Source: Rhynchopus sp. YZ270_cl-10
Lineage: Eukaryota
NCBI GenBank assembly: GCA_964035575.1
Contig: OZ037841.1
Coordinates: 1,798,001-1,862,000 of the forward strand
Direction: 5' to 3'
Length of the DNA stretch: 64,000 nt
Under the pieces are notes generated by a model. The model was not told the DNA's origin and made no database searches. It was given only the letters and a program-made list of their open reading frames with translations. Of the stretch, positions 1 through 12,700 are shown in pieces (positions within the stretch are counted from its first letter, which is position 1; every line of letters begins with the position of its first letter). Made by a program: the position numbers and the translations under genes.

Positions 1-608
1 GCGGCCCGCAGCGCTGCTGCAAAGCTGAGCAGCGGTTGGTTGCCCAGGCCGATGTGGGTGAAGGTGCCTGATAGGGCCTTGGCGTAGGTGAGCTGCCCTT
101 GCTTTGACACTTGAGTGGCAAGGACGAACAACACCGCTGTGTCGGCTGTCATCGGCAGCTGGTGCAGGCCCGTCCACACTGCGAACCTGGACCACAGGTA
201 TTTGCGTTGTTGCGACGTGCGCTTGGCCCACATGTCCTCCACCACGCCTAGCAGCCACTCGGTCGCTTGCTTCGGGTTGACCTCTGTCTCCTTCACTCGA
301 GATATGGGACGCACCCGCCCGGAGGTGGCTACATGCGTCAGTACGGCCTCTCCAAAAAGAGATGGGGGGGTAATACCGGGATGGGGGTAGGGATCTGTGT
401 GGTGTGGTATGTGTGTTGGGGGGGGGCTGCGCGGCGGCATTGCTGCTGGGGGCTGCAGTGACCCTTGACTTGGCGGGGAGGCGGGCGGGCACAGCTGCAT
501 CGGAGGTGGACACCTTCGTTTGTACACGCGCGTTGGTGGGGCGGTTGGGACAATGGGAATAACTTGCTGGGGATGTACAGGGGGGGCGGGCCGAGAAGAG
601 GGGGGGAG
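1..608 (-). CDS. Partial ORF2, putative N-terminal (core-binding) domain of a tyrosine recombinase
   Basis: Manual translation: same frame as gag, directly after its TGA, open to base 1. Pro-rich linker, then EDMWAKRTSQQRKYLWSRFAVWTGLHQLPMTADTAVLFV...LTYAKALS, resembling YR N-termini. In-frame ATGs at 500, 440 and 233. Catalytic residues would lie outside the window. Confidence 0.55.
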
Positions 609-642
609 TCACTGTTTCCCCTTCCCGGCCTTCCCGTTTCCC
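589..642 (-). promoter_or_regulatory. Putative -1 programmed ribosomal frameshift signal
   Basis: G GGA AAC heptamer in gag phase (642-636), 5-nt spacer, then a 13-bp stem GGCCGGGAAGGGG/CCUCUUCUCGGCC (630-618 with 601-589, two G-U pairs). The -1 frame is open from 735 to base 1. Confidence 0.65.
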
Positions 643-2189
643 GGTGGGCCGGTCTTCTGTCCATGCGCTGCCGCACCGCCTTTGCCTCCCTTGTGTGATT
701 TTGGAGGAGGGCGCGTCTGCACATACCGAGCCACTTCATGTCCCGGAGTCGACTGTGCGGTGGCACGGGTGATGTCCTTGCGAGGGACACGCTCTGACGC
801 GAAAGCGTATTGTATGTGTAACTCCCGAAGAAGCATGTTGCCGAGGACGCGGTGGGGGGTGCCCTTCCACGACGGCGTCCACTCCGCAGCCAGTATCCAC
901 ATACGCATCCACTGAAACGTCAACTGCAGGGCCGCCCCCCCCGGTCCATGCTTCAATCCAGACACAAAGTACTGGTTGAGCTCCAAGATGAGGCCCGCCG
1001 AGTCGTTGCGGATACGGTCCGCCCACTCCTCGACCGTCTCCGCCACCACTGGGTCTTTGACCCACATGTCGAGCTCGTCTGTAGGTTGTGGGTTGGTGCG
1101 TGGTGGTAGCGGTCCGTTCTCAGCCACAGCATCGTGCCAGAGCCCGTCGTCCGCCACGTCCGTCTTTACCCGTGTGTAGGTGGGGGCCGTGTGTGTGTGT
1201 GTGTGTGATGAGGACTGCGACACCTTCAGTCGGTCCACCTCGGCTTGCAGCTCCCTCATCTGCACCTCCATCGAACTGTTGATGCCGCTCTGCAGGCGGG
1301 CATCTTCCTCCTGCTGCCGGTTCGCCTGGCGGAGGCGGGCAATCTCCGCGTCGCGCTGCGCAAGTGCGGCTTCTGCGGAACTCCGGATCGAGCTCGCCTC
1401 CTTCTCCGCCGCTTCTGCCTGGTGCCCCATCTTCTGGCGGGCCTGCTCTGTCTGATGCAGAGACAGCGCCACAATGCGCGTGTAGCGCCATCCGGCCACA
1501 GGCAACGCCACCAACTCATCACCTCCCTCATGGGGCACACAGCCCTCTGCGACGTTGTTGTAGCAACTGCTGCGCACAAGACCAAACACCTTATTCCCCA
1601 GGCCAACCAGCTTGCCTGCGTGGTGGAGGGTCTCCTTCCCTCCAGGGGGGTACCCGGAGATCACCACCTCCTGCCCAAGGAGCACCTGCGCCTGCTCACC
1701 CAGCATCCATTCTTTCATCTGCTGGGGTGCGGGCACGTCGCCTTGACCGGCGGAGGCATGGGGTGTGCCCTTCCGCGCCTCCGCAAAAGCAAACTGACTC
1801 TTGGACCTGCAAACGGGCACAGGTTCCTCATCCGCCTCGTCAGAAGAAGAGCGAACCCTCAGGGCGTGGATGGCTCCCACCATCTTCATCAGATTCCAGT
1901 CCGGTCGCACATCGGCTTCGCAGAACTCACGCAGGTACACCGTCAACACATTCTCCGCGACAGTGTCCCCCGTCCACGCTGCCACCACCGCCTCAAAGGT
2001 GCCACTGAGCACGCGGTACGGGTACGAAAACCGTTCCTTGAGGATGGCGGCGTGTTTCGGCGGGAAGCCAAGAGCGTCGGCGGACCCCTCGCCAGTTTGG
2101 GGGTTCCAGAAGAACCGCGCTCCTTCCTCTTCGGACTCAAACCGAGTACGCAGCTTCGCCAGTTCTTCGGGTAGCTCGCGGAGTGCCAT
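609..2189 (-). CDS. Gag-like ORF1 of the retroelement, 526 aa, central coiled coil and basic Gly/Lys tail
   Basis: Long ORF with first ATG at 2189, preceded by a pyrimidine tract and CAG (2232-2230). Heptad-like region QARQK...EVDRLK. No CCHC knuckle seen. Confidence 0.65.
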   Translation of the reverse strand: MALRELPEELAKLRTRFESEEEGARFFWNPQTGEGSADALGFPPKHAAILKERFSYPYRVLSGTFEAVVAAWTGDTVAENVLTVYLREFCEADVRPDWNLMKMVGAIHALRVRSSSDEADEEPVPVCRSKSQFAFAEARKGTPHASAGQGDVPAPQQMKEWMLGEQAQVLLGQEVVISGYPPGGKETLHHAGKLVGLGNKVFGLVRSSCYNNVAEGCVPHEGGDELVALPVAGWRYTRIVALSLHQTEQARQKMGHQAEAAEKEASSIRSSAEAALAQRDAEIARLRQANRQQEEDARLQSGINSSMEVQMRELQAEVDRLKVSQSSSHTHTHTAPTYTRVKTDVADDGLWHDAVAENGPLPPRTNPQPTDELDMWVKDPVVAETVEEWADRIRNDSAGLILELNQYFVSGLKHGPGGAALQLTFQWMRMWILAAEWTPSWKGTPHRVLGNMLLRELHIQYAFASERVPRKDITRATAQSTPGHEVARYVQTRPPPKSHKGGKGGAAAHGQKTGPPGNGKAGKGKQ

Positions 2190-2380
2190 TTTTAAATAAA
2201 AAATACAAAAGCTTTTACGACACAAAAAGCTGAAAGGGAAAACCACCCGAACCTAATTCAGTGATGGTACGTGGTTGGCGAGGAGGTTTCCCGTTGAACA
2301 ACAACCCCAAAAAGCAAGGGGGGTTTTTGGGGGGTTACACGTTTTAGTTTCGGCTTTGCTATTCCCTCGGTAAACCCCAA

Positions 2381-2416
2381 TATACACAGTATACACAGTA
2401 TACACAGTATACACAG
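2381..2416. repeat. (TATACACAG)x4 minisatellite
   Basis: Read directly. Confidence 0.95.
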
Positions 2417-2473
2417 TACAGCTGGCCATTGAAAAGAAATGGTATGGCAGGGTTTGGCACGGTATGGCACGGG

Positions 2474-2640
2474 TAGCCATTAGCCATTAGCCATTAGCCA
2501 TTAGCCATTAGCCATTAGCCATTAGCCATTAGCCATTAGCCATTAGCCATTAGCCATTAGCCATTAGCCATTAGCCATTAGCCATTAGCCATTAGCCATT
2601 AGCCATTAGCCATTAGCCATTAGCCATTAGCCATTAGCCA
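2474..2640. repeat. (TAGCCAT)n 7-mer satellite, ~24 perfect copies
   Basis: Read directly. Confidence 0.97.
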
Positions 2641-2657
2641 GTACCCAGTACCGGGAG

Positions 2658-2805
2658 GGTATGGCAGGGTATGGCACGGTTTGGCAGGGTATGGCACGGT
2701 ATGGCAGGGTATGGCAGGGTGTGGCACGGTATGGCACGGTTTGGCACGGGTATGGCAGGGTGTGGCACGGTATGGCAGGGCATGGCACGGTATGGCACGG
2801 TATGG
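2658..2805. repeat. Degenerate 10-mer satellite (GGTATGGCAS)n; further units at 2441-2472
   Basis: Read directly. Confidence 0.9.
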
Positions 2806-5800
2806 GACATGATTATCCCAAAAAAAAGGCAAACGTGCGGTATGGGAGGGTACGGCAGGGTATGGTTGGGTATGGTAGGGTATGCGAGGGTTCGCGAGGG
2901 TTTTGGAGGGTTTGGGGGCATTTGAGGGCGGTATGGGGGGTATGGGACACGATTTTCCAGAAAAATGGACAAATTTCCTAAACCGACCCGTGGCGTCAAC
3001 TAGCCTAGTGTGTGTGTTCGGAAATATATACTGTCTCTTTTCTAGCTTGTTAAATGTTCATTGTTTTCCTTTCATTGCCCTTTGCTTGTGCTCCCCGACT
3101 CCAATTCAATCAATACTCACAGAGGGGGGCCAAAAATACAATTAGCGTTTCTCGTTTTTCAAAAAAAAAAAAAAAATGGGATGCGTCCAATGAAAGTCAC
3201 GTCAGTAGAAAAGTTCGAGAATGTAGGTTTTATTATTTGCTTGAAAGGCATAATATACAGAGTTTGGGTGAGATGCACACCGACGTCTTTGTTGACAGCG
3301 GCAGCGGTAGTATTGTTTGCGTGTGTTCTTTTAGCAACTTTTTGCTAATTTGAATGTATGCCCCGTGTATTCATCTTTCTGCCTTCTTTTGTTAAAGATG
3401 AGTGTTCACAAAACGAGGGAATATATCAACTTCACTTTTTTTAATTCTAATATATACCAGGACGGCTGGACCCTTCCCTTCCTTCCCCCCTCCTTTCCTC
3501 TTACCGAATCAATAAACTGCGAATACAGTTTACAGTTGTCCTTTTCAATGCAAAGAAAGTAGGAAGAGACGAACGTTACAACTCGCATCTTGCTCACCTA
3601 CTAAAAAGAACTTTTTTCAGGTAGGCGCCACGTAGGGCTGCAAAAAGTGGTCGCTATTACGCTATTTTCATTTTTTTTTTAGTACCCATGAGTGACGAAG
3701 AACCGTGTTTCTTACTTAATTCTGTCTGGCGGTGTTAAGTGGGTTAAACGCTCCATGTGTCCTGTTTGCCGTTCACAAATTATTTTTATTTTCTCACATC
3801 CGTTCCACAGTACCGTCCGTTTCAGAACACCGTGCCCACATGCATTGCACCGAACTGACGGTTACGTCTCTTATATTCTGTTGTTGCGCACTGCTTTATA
3901 TTTCGTATACGACATCTTCAAACCAACAAAACCAATCCCCCTGTACTCAATCACAAAGGCGTCGGGTTGCCATTTGTTCCAAGTGGCACTCCATGTCGTT
4001 GTGCAAATGCTTTCAAAATAGAGAAAGTAAAGCGTCTCATTTATTTCTGATCTCATTTTCCATTCAGGGGAAAGCCTTTGGCGTTATGCGCTGGAGACAG
4101 TTGGTCATTAGTATCTTTTCCTTAAGCAGTGCACACGTTTCCCTTCCACACCCACCCCATCCCAGGAGCTGGGCGCCGACACTAGACGTACACCTTTTCC
4201 ATGCCCCTGTACAGTTTCGCTGTACCTGTTCATGGTAGCTCCGATGTGCCCGGTTGTTCCTCACAGACTACGGAAATCTTTTTTTGTTTGGAGTGTCAGT
4301 GCCTGCGTCCCAGCGCGTTTGCGCCATCAACTTCACGTTTTGTTTTGAAGATCCCTCCAAACCCAGGTCGTGAAGGAGGGTTTTGAGTTTTTCTTTGTAT
4401 CGGAATGAGCCTGGCTCTTTCTAAACTAAAATGCCTTTTTCGGCAAAAAAACAAAAGCCAGGTTAGCCTGGTTATTTTCGTCTAATTTACTCCTCTGTAC
4501 CTCCGTTTTTCTCCCTCTCTTTCGAATACTATTATTCTCTTCTTTGCGGGGGAACAATTGTTTCCCCATAATTTGTGAGATACTATGCAGGTCACGCTGT
4601 ATTCAATGGTATTCTCATTGCATGTGGAACCCTAATGAATTCAGCGCAAAATATTGGACGAATATTTGTAATGTGCGACACACGAACCATGAAAAACACG
4701 GTAGGATCCTACAGATCACAAAATAATGCTTTAGTGCCAGAGCCTTTGTTGTTTTACAATCAGAGAGCAAGGTCCACGTTGAGTGTTTGTATTTATCGAA
4801 ATGTAGTTTTGCAGGCAAAGCTGCCTTTTGAGATGTCTTCCGTATGTCTTGGTTTGTGTTGTGTTGTCTGCGTGTGTTCTTTTCCCCAACTTCTAGTCGA
4901 GAGATGTGTTCTGTGAGGCGCATTCATCTTTCAGAATAATACGTGCTCCTTTTTTATACATCTTTCCAACCCAAAGTGCGTCCACTGGCTTACCAGTGGT
5001 GCCTTTTGGGTGTGCCGCTCATTTGTTGTTGTACACTGTTTTATATTTCGCACGAGCTCTTCATTGTACTAAGCTAAGTGTACAACCCACCCACCCCATC
5101 CCCGTCCTGGTCCAGCTGGCTCCTCAGCAGAGTGCTGGCACCGGGATGAGGATTGCAAAGAGCATTATGTGATACGATCTGGCAAGTGCAGGTGACTTGT
5201 GTGAGGTCGCAGAGTGCTGTACGAGTTATTAGTCAATCTAACAAAACCCTACGTTGTTGCAATACTAACGTATAAAGGATACGGAACGCCCAGTGCCCTT
5301 TTTTCCCCAACCGCATGTTGCTTTCAAAACCCTACCCCCACGCACCACGCACCAGGCAGCACACCACCCATACACATACTGCACAAATCGTCTCCTTCCG
5401 CAGAGGAGTGAGACAACGAAACCCTAGTGCAGCTGCCAGCACACTCGTCAGTTTAGAATCACCCAAAAGCTATATCAACAGCGTAGCGTCCCTCCCACTC
5501 TTCACCGACGACTTCTAGAAGCACACCTCGCATCGTGCAGGCAGGATGCTTGTGGCAGTCAATGTGATTGTCATGTTGTCGCTTGCAGCTGTGGTGCTCA
5601 TTCTGATGGTAGTTGCAGCACTCGTCTACAAAAGAGTATGCCACACACCCACACACCACCTCACTCCACCCCTTTTCCTGCAGAGTCTCCGTTACATGCT
5701 CGTCCCTTATGCTGGCAGCCACGGCACCAGCATGCAGTGCACGTCCACAACAAGCACACTGCAGCCCATGAACGTTATGATAGAGACAATTGAGTGACAG

Positions 5801-7430
5801 TACCAACATGCCCATCGTTCATAGAGCACTCCGTTAGCCTTCCTCATGTGGCTTGCGTCGCTTGGGTGCAACTGCGGCCTCCTCTGCGAACACTTCCGTG
5901 GATGTCTGCAAGAGGGTACCACTTACCACGACATAGAGTGTGACTTTGTGCTGTCAGGACCATCGAGAAGAAGTACACTCGCAGAGCTACTGTGCTAACA
6001 AGTGTCTTACTCCAGAGGTGTGCAGAGTCCAAGCTGATGCTAGACGGTATTCAGATCATGTGGTGCATTCAACGTGCCGCAAGCCAGCCAGCTCCATGTA
6101 GAGGAGCGGGCAACGAACGAAATACATTGGGGTGGATAGGGGCAGCCTGCAGCCCGTACATTTGTTTTGGGACAAAAAATTGTTGCAAAATAAAAATAAA
6201 AATGGCGACAACTTTTCTTTCTAGTGCCGTCCGGTGGCGTTTGCACTTTCGGCTTCTCTTTCTAGGTACACTGTCACAGAGCTTTGTATTTCAAATCACT
6301 TTCTATTCAATGAGTTGTGTCTGCGACAGTTGCACTGTCGACGACACTTGCGGTTGAATTTTATCTCTTTTTTCATCCGAATGCTTGGATGGGCGTCAGA
6401 TATGTTTGCGAGCTATTCCCGGTGCACAACAGGATACAGCATAGGTGTCTCTCGTATTCATTCTTTGTCGCTCTTCATGTAGCCTTTTTTAAAAAACGTT
6501 TTTATCTCAAACGCGGATTAATATTTTGATTCGAAATAGTGTGCAAGCAACGGTTTTCCCACTTTCATTTGTCATTCTGGGTCCACTCCTGTGTTCTAAC
6601 ACTTTCTGGGTTGGGTCCACCCGGTTGTACCAAGTACACTGTCGCTGAGAGGACTCAGAGTGCTTTTGTAGCATAGAGTAGTAAGCATTTCCTCAGTGAG
6701 AAATGCATTTTTTTTAGCTTTTATTAGGTAGTTCTTTCGCTCTCTGTCTGTCTCAAATTTTGTTTTATTTGGTGGAATATTTACTATACCGACATCTTGG
6801 TGTGCATGATAAAAGCCCCATAAGTGGCTTGTCATGTACAGATCGATGGACATGATCGATAGTACCTCTGTGTATTACTGTAAATGGGTATCATCGTAAA
6901 AACCTCGAAATTGATGTAGGACTGCATGGTTTGGGGTGCACCTTGGCTTAACCACCGCAGCAAAACTGGAGGTAATTCTGGAGGTTTTGTACACCTCACT
7001 GAGGTCCCTCTGGGGTTTTGCTGCCCCCCCTCAACACATTCTAGAATGAACTGAACTTTTTAGTTATTGTTAGTAGATACGCACGGAAGTACAAGGCACT
7101 CATTGATCAAGGTGGCCTAGGGAGGCTATGCTCATTTTTTTTTTCACTTTTTTTCTCATCTTTTATCCGTGGCTGTGGGCAGCGTGCAGCTGTCGCGCCC
7201 TTCGTCTGACCCCCTACTTCATTTGTCTCAATTCATTTGCCATTGAGGCGCCTTCTGAAGAGCTGTTATATAAGCAACACCCAGAACATCCCCTCAAGTG
7301 AACCGAAAGAAGAAAGAAAAACAAAGAAATTATTCAAATACCAAAAAACCCCATGCTTTTGCAGAACTCACATCTCATCTCTGTACCTCTCTTCAAGGTT
7401 CCCCCCCCTTCCTCCTCGATAATTCTAAAC

Positions 7431-9116
7431 ATGGACTTCTCCGTCTCCTTCCTCCAGACCGAAGCTGTTGTGTGTGTCCCCTGCGACAGTACCACAGGGG
7501 TTCTGCTGCAGTGTGCGGCAGAGGCTTTCGCTGTTGACGTGCGTGCTGTCGCTCTCTTCTGTGATGGGGTGCAGGTTGTTCCCTACACCGAATACGGTAC
7601 ACACAACAGAGATGGACACTTTGTTGAAGGTCCCATTGATTCTGAGTACCCCCCAGGCTGCGACACTCCTCTCAGTGAGACAGATGTCGGCTCAGTTCTG
7701 ACGCTCAAGATCGTTCTCAGTGATGCTGCCCTCGCAGTCCATATCCTCGCTGTGGAAGGGATTCATGCAGACATGTATGAAGGGTCGCTGCGTGCAGCGT
7801 GCAGTGTAGGTGATGTGGTGACGTACCGCCGTCTGCTGGCAACAGGCGTGCTGCTGAGTGCCGCAGCGCATGGGTGTGGGTTGGATGCTGCAGCGCAGGG
7901 TGGGCACACTGCAGTGTTCTGTGCATTGCGCAGCCCGCCGCATGGTGCACGCATTCCGCAAGAGGTGTGGGGGATGGGTGCAGTGGCGTGGTACCTCTGT
8001 GCTGCAGCAAGGTGCTGCCACACCACGTTGGTGCAATATTTGTTGGAGCATTGTGACAAAGGGACGGTGCCGCTCGTAGCTTCAGTGGGGGTGTCCATCT
8101 GGGGACAGTGTGCGCTGCCTCTGCACAGCGCGGTGCAGGTGCACGGAAACGCATCTATCGTGAATATTCTGTTGACGGAAGGAGCAGAACTCCGTGCCTT
8201 CCCGCCCTCACGCTATGGACACGACATGAACTGCCTCGCAGTCGCCCTGCCAGAGTACCTCCCGCTGTTCACCGCAGCGCGGTTCAGAGAACAGTGCCGT
8301 GTCTCGCTGTTAGTTGCAGGGGACAGAAGCGCGATTCAAAATGCGTCTTCGCTAGCCTCGCTGCTGGCGCTGAGGGAGTACCATCGCGTTGCCTTTGAGG
8401 TGGAGTGCACAGGACACACTGGACACACCCTTCACAACTATGCAGCGTTGGAAGAGGCGAGCTGGACCTCATGTCTCCGTAGACCTGTTTGCGTGTATGG
8501 TGATATGCGGAACGTCCTGTCAGGCGTTATCCTGGAACGTCGCTGTGCCAGCATGGTGCGCGCCCTTCTGCAATGGGGGTGCATCGGTGCGAAACAGATT
8601 GAAGCACATCACGACTTTCTGGACGAGGTTTTGGTTATGTTGGCAGACTGCCGCAGCTGGACACTCCTTGCTGCTCTCAGCAACGAGGGTGGTGCCGATC
8701 TGTGCAAGACAAACGCTTCTGGCATCTCTGCTGCAACACTGGCGGCACGCACCGCATGTGGCAGAGCGTTTCTTTCTAGGCTCCACATCGAGGGTGTCCA
8801 GGCGAACCAGCGAGGTCCAGGGTGGCGGCTCAATCAGAGAAACGGCTCAGAAGCGCCACGTTTTGCATACGTCTTGCGGCGCAGAGGTGACGGCGGCCAG
8901 AACGCACACCACGCACTCTCCGCCAGTGAGAATGCAGTACCGTTCGACGCGAAGGGGAGGTCCAAGAAGCGGGCCGCCTTCCTGCACATCGCCCACAAGG
9001 GGCGCAAACAGGACTGTGCCAAAGGCAGGGAGCGCACTCAGTGGCGCCTTGCACAATGCAAGAGGGACAGGGAGAGAAACATGTCCAGGAGCGCAAAAAC
9101 GATGTTGCGCATGTGA
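7431..9116 (+). CDS. Ankyrin-repeat protein with possible ubiquitin-like N-terminus and basic C-tail
   Basis: ATG at 7431. Ankyrin-like motifs LDAAAQGGHTAV, LCAAARCCHTTLVQYLLEH and PLHSAVQVHGNASIVNILLTEGA. Confidence 0.7.
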   Translation: MDFSVSFLQTEAVVCVPCDSTTGVLLQCAAEAFAVDVRAVALFCDGVQVVPYTEYGTHNRDGHFVEGPIDSEYPPGCDTPLSETDVGSVLTLKIVLSDAALAVHILAVEGIHADMYEGSLRAACSVGDVVTYRRLLATGVLLSAAAHGCGLDAAAQGGHTAVFCALRSPPHGARIPQEVWGMGAVAWYLCAAARCCHTTLVQYLLEHCDKGTVPLVASVGVSIWGQCALPLHSAVQVHGNASIVNILLTEGAELRAFPPSRYGHDMNCLAVALPEYLPLFTAARFREQCRVSLLVAGDRSAIQNASSLASLLALREYHRVAFEVECTGHTGHTLHNYAALEEASWTSCLRRPVCVYGDMRNVLSGVILERRCASMVRALLQWGCIGAKQIEAHHDFLDEVLVMLADCRSWTLLAALSNEGGADLCKTNASGISAATLAARTACGRAFLSRLHIEGVQANQRGPGWRLNQRNGSEAPRFAYVLRRRGDGGQNAHHALSASENAVPFDAKGRSKKRAAFLHIAHKGRKQDCAKGRERTQWRLAQCKRDRERNMSRSAKTMLRM

Positions 9117-9727
9117 GCGATTTATGTTAGTCCAGGTGGCCAGCAAACGTCACTTATTCGGAAATATTTAAAAACGTCGTTTCTTATATGTCAGTGTTGT
9201 GTCGAGAGATGATGCACAATCATCTTTCAAGTTTTCTCTGTCACACGTGTTGACAGCGCACAATGTGTGCAGGCATTCTGAATTATTTTTTGTTGGGAAA
9301 AGGTTCGGCTGTTTTCTTTCAACACCCTCGTTTCCCAGAGGTGTGTTAGTGGTGAGAATATCGCACATCGCAAAGCAATGCAATACACCCAATTGCATTA
9401 AGTTTAACTTCTTTGTGTGAAAAATATTTTCGTTCACATTTCTTTACTCGCCCATTCATCTTTCATGTGTTGATGCTGCAATAATAATGTGTGATTAGGA
9501 TGACTAAGCACGCGAGGCTTAAGTTCATCTGGCCAACTTTTCTTTTTAATCTTCTTTGCCCCACCACGAGCCCTGCACCACATCTATCCTTTGCAGTTGG
9601 CTGCGTATGGGTTTTCTTGGAAGTTATCTTCTAGGCTTTTGTGAATGTGTTAGCATCTACCTCTTTGCAGTACATCCCTCCCTCTTCCCTCCTCCTTCTT
9701 ACTCACTTGCAGATCTCAAGCATCAAC

Positions 9728-12700
9728 ATGGTGCTCGTTAACCATGTGCTGCTCTTCATGTGTGTTGTGGTGTTGTGTGTGCAGTCGTGCAGCGGTTCGT
9801 GCGCATCGTCGTTCACCATTATCAAATCCTTTTCGGACGTCTCGACGCACAGCGACACTGCACCCCTGGAATTTGGTGCAAGCGACTTCAGGATACGCAT
9901 GAGCGTGCTTATCAACAGTTACACGTTCAACGGACGTATCGTCGACTTCTCAAATGGGGCGAACACCGACAACTTCATCATCTCGCAGTCGGGCACCACA
10001 GGCCAGATCATGGCGCAAAGCTACATTGGCGGTGTTGCGCAGCTAGCGATGCTGGACCCGACACCTGCGCCGCTTGGAGGGTCCTTCATCCTTTACCTGT
10101 CCGTCGTGTACCTGTCGCCCACGAATGCGACCGCGAAGCTGTGGATCAACAACATGCTCCGCGTGTCTGCGGACATCCCCTTTCCTGTGCGCACCACACG
10201 CAGCACGAACTACATAGGGCACAGCCCCTTCGCAGGCGACGTCAACCTCGACGGCACCGTCACCAACTTCGTCATGCGCGAGTGTTTCACCCCATACACA
10301 GATGTCCCTGCAACTCGTCCCCCACCGACACCGACGCCACCGACGCCTTCTCCGCCAACACCTGCTCCTCAGACTCCATCGCCGCCTACACTGTCACCAC
10401 CAACACCTTCTCCACCGACACCAGCACCGGTAACACCTTCTCCACCGACGCCGTCACCACCCACCCCATCACCTCCGACACCGGCACCACCAACATTGTC
10501 GCCACCGACGCCTTCCCCCCCTACACCGTCGCCACCGACACCGGCTCCTCAAACACCATCACCACCAACGTTGTCGCCACCGACACCATCCCCTCCGACA
10601 CCATCGCCACCCACCCCATCACCACCAACCTCAGCACCCCCAACACCGGCTCCTCCGACAGTTGTCCCACTCACGCTGGCTCCAGCAACACTTGCTCCTC
10701 CAACACCAGCCCCGCTGTCACCTGCGCCACCGACTCCATCGCCGCCTACACTGTCACCACCAACACCTTCTCCACCGACACCAGCACCGGTAACACCTTC
10801 CCCACCGACGCCGTCACCACCCACCCCGTCACCTCCGACACCGGCACCACCAACATTGTCGCCACCGACGCCTTCCCCCCCTACACCGTCGCCACCGACA
10901 CCGGCTCCTCAAACACCATCACCACCAACGTTGTCGCCACCGACACCATCCCCTCCCACTCCGTCGCCACTGTCCCCTTCTCCAGCAACACCTGCTCCAC
11001 CAACATTGTCTCCACAGACACCATCCCCTCCATCACCTGCACCACTGTCCCCTTCACCACCAACTCCGTCACCACGTACACCTTCTCCGCCGACACCAGC
11101 ACCGGCAACACCTTCTCCACCGACACCAGCACCGGTAACACCTTCCCCACCGACGCCGTCACCACCCACCCCGTCACCTCCGACACCGGCACCACCAACA
11201 TTGTCGCCACCGACGCCTTCCCCCCCTACACCGTCGCCACCGACACCGGCTCCTCAAACACCATCACCACCAACGTTGTCGCCACCGACACCATCCCCTC
11301 CCACTCCGTCGCCACTGTCCCCTTCTCCAGCAACACCTGCTCCACCAACATTGTCTCCACAGACACCATCCCCTCCATCACCTGCACCACTGTCCCCTTC
11401 ACCACCAACTCCGTCACCACGTACACCTTCTCCGCCGACACCAGCACCGGCAACACCTTCTCCACCGACACCGTCGCCACCAACACCTGCACCACTGTCT
11501 CCTTCACCACCAACGCCGTTCCCGCCAACAGCTTCACCCCCGACACCTTCGCCACCGACAGTGTCCCCACTCTCTCCGGCACCTGAAACACTTTCCCCTC
11601 AAACACCAGCTTCACTGACCCCTTCACCGGCTACTCCGTCACCACCAACGTCTTCACCACCAACACTATCCCCGGAAACTGCATCACCACCGACAGCTGC
11701 TCCAAAGACAGGTGCGCCGCTGTCACCGTCACCGCTGACACTTCTGCCGGACACTGCTGTGCCTGATACGGAAGCACCTGCGACACTTGCCCCCACGACA
11801 CCGGCACCTGCAACAGTGTCGCCTACGACACGTACACCCACAGCAACCGACGTACCGTCCACACCACTGCCAGCCTCCACCACCCCCACACAGCCCTCCG
11901 CCACCACACCCCTCCCCGACACAGCACCACCACGCAGCAGCACGCCCACCGCCGCCGCCTCCACAGCTCCTCTCCTCGAGGCTGCAGAGACGCTCGCACC
12001 GCCACCATCCCTGCCCGCCCCGTCTGTCATGTCTGGTGGTGCTAAGGAGGTTGTGTACACTATGGTCAAGAACGCGGCCGGGTCGCTTGCTGTCATCACT
12101 GCTTCCTTGGAATGCCTGGACGGGGGCGAACGTGTGGTGGAACTTCCTTGGTTGTTGCACCCTACCGGCATGCATGTTCTCGGGAGTGTCCGTGCAGGGT
12201 GTATTGTGGGGAACATTATTTTGATGGTGATGTGGGTGGGTGGGTTGTTTCTTGCGACGTGGCTGCTGGCAGTGCACCGTGGTAGTGGGTTTTCGATGAG
12301 TGGCAGCCACTGGAGCTCTGCAGCGTCGTACTTCAGGTTTCCTTCGAGCTGCTCTTTGGTGCCGTGCTTCTTCATTGCGGGGACGTTCGACTCTTCGGTG
12401 CAGCTTCTGGCTGGGGACTCTGAGTCCATGGGGCAGACTGCCGTGGCGTGGATCGGTATAGTGTACGCTGCGCTGCTCTACGCGTGGCTGTGGTCCTGCT
12501 GCAGAGAGAAGACGTTTACGTCGTTCATCCGGAAGCTTGAGTACGACCCTGCAAGGAAGAGTGCTTCTGTTGAGTACATCTTCGGCAAATCCATCTGGAC
12601 CAGCCGCAGTGCGAACCACACCGAACGCATGGGGGTCATCTTCGAGAACTACTCCTACAGGACCGACGTCCGCTTCTCGTGGGTCACGCAGAACGGACGT

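Larger units (their letters stand above)
1..2250 (-). mobile_element. 5' part of a tyrosine-recombinase retrotransposon (VIPER/TATE/DIRS-like), running off the window start
   Basis: GC-rich block opposite to all host genes. A gag-like ORF is followed by a YR-like ORF and an overlapping open -1 frame. The gag-YR-(RT) order matches VIPER/TATE elements. RT is not inside the window and the 5' boundary is approximate. Confidence 0.6.

Noticed and set aside
2474..2640. Telomeric repeat
   Set aside because: The unit is not TTAGGG-like and the array is short and internal.
5100..6060. Possible decayed membrane-protein gene, including ORF 5546-5797
   Set aside because: Coding-like composition, but many stops and no recognisable motif.
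9760..11586. 608-aa Thr-rich alternative-frame ORF
   Set aside because: Shadow of the stop-poor 15-bp coding repeat.
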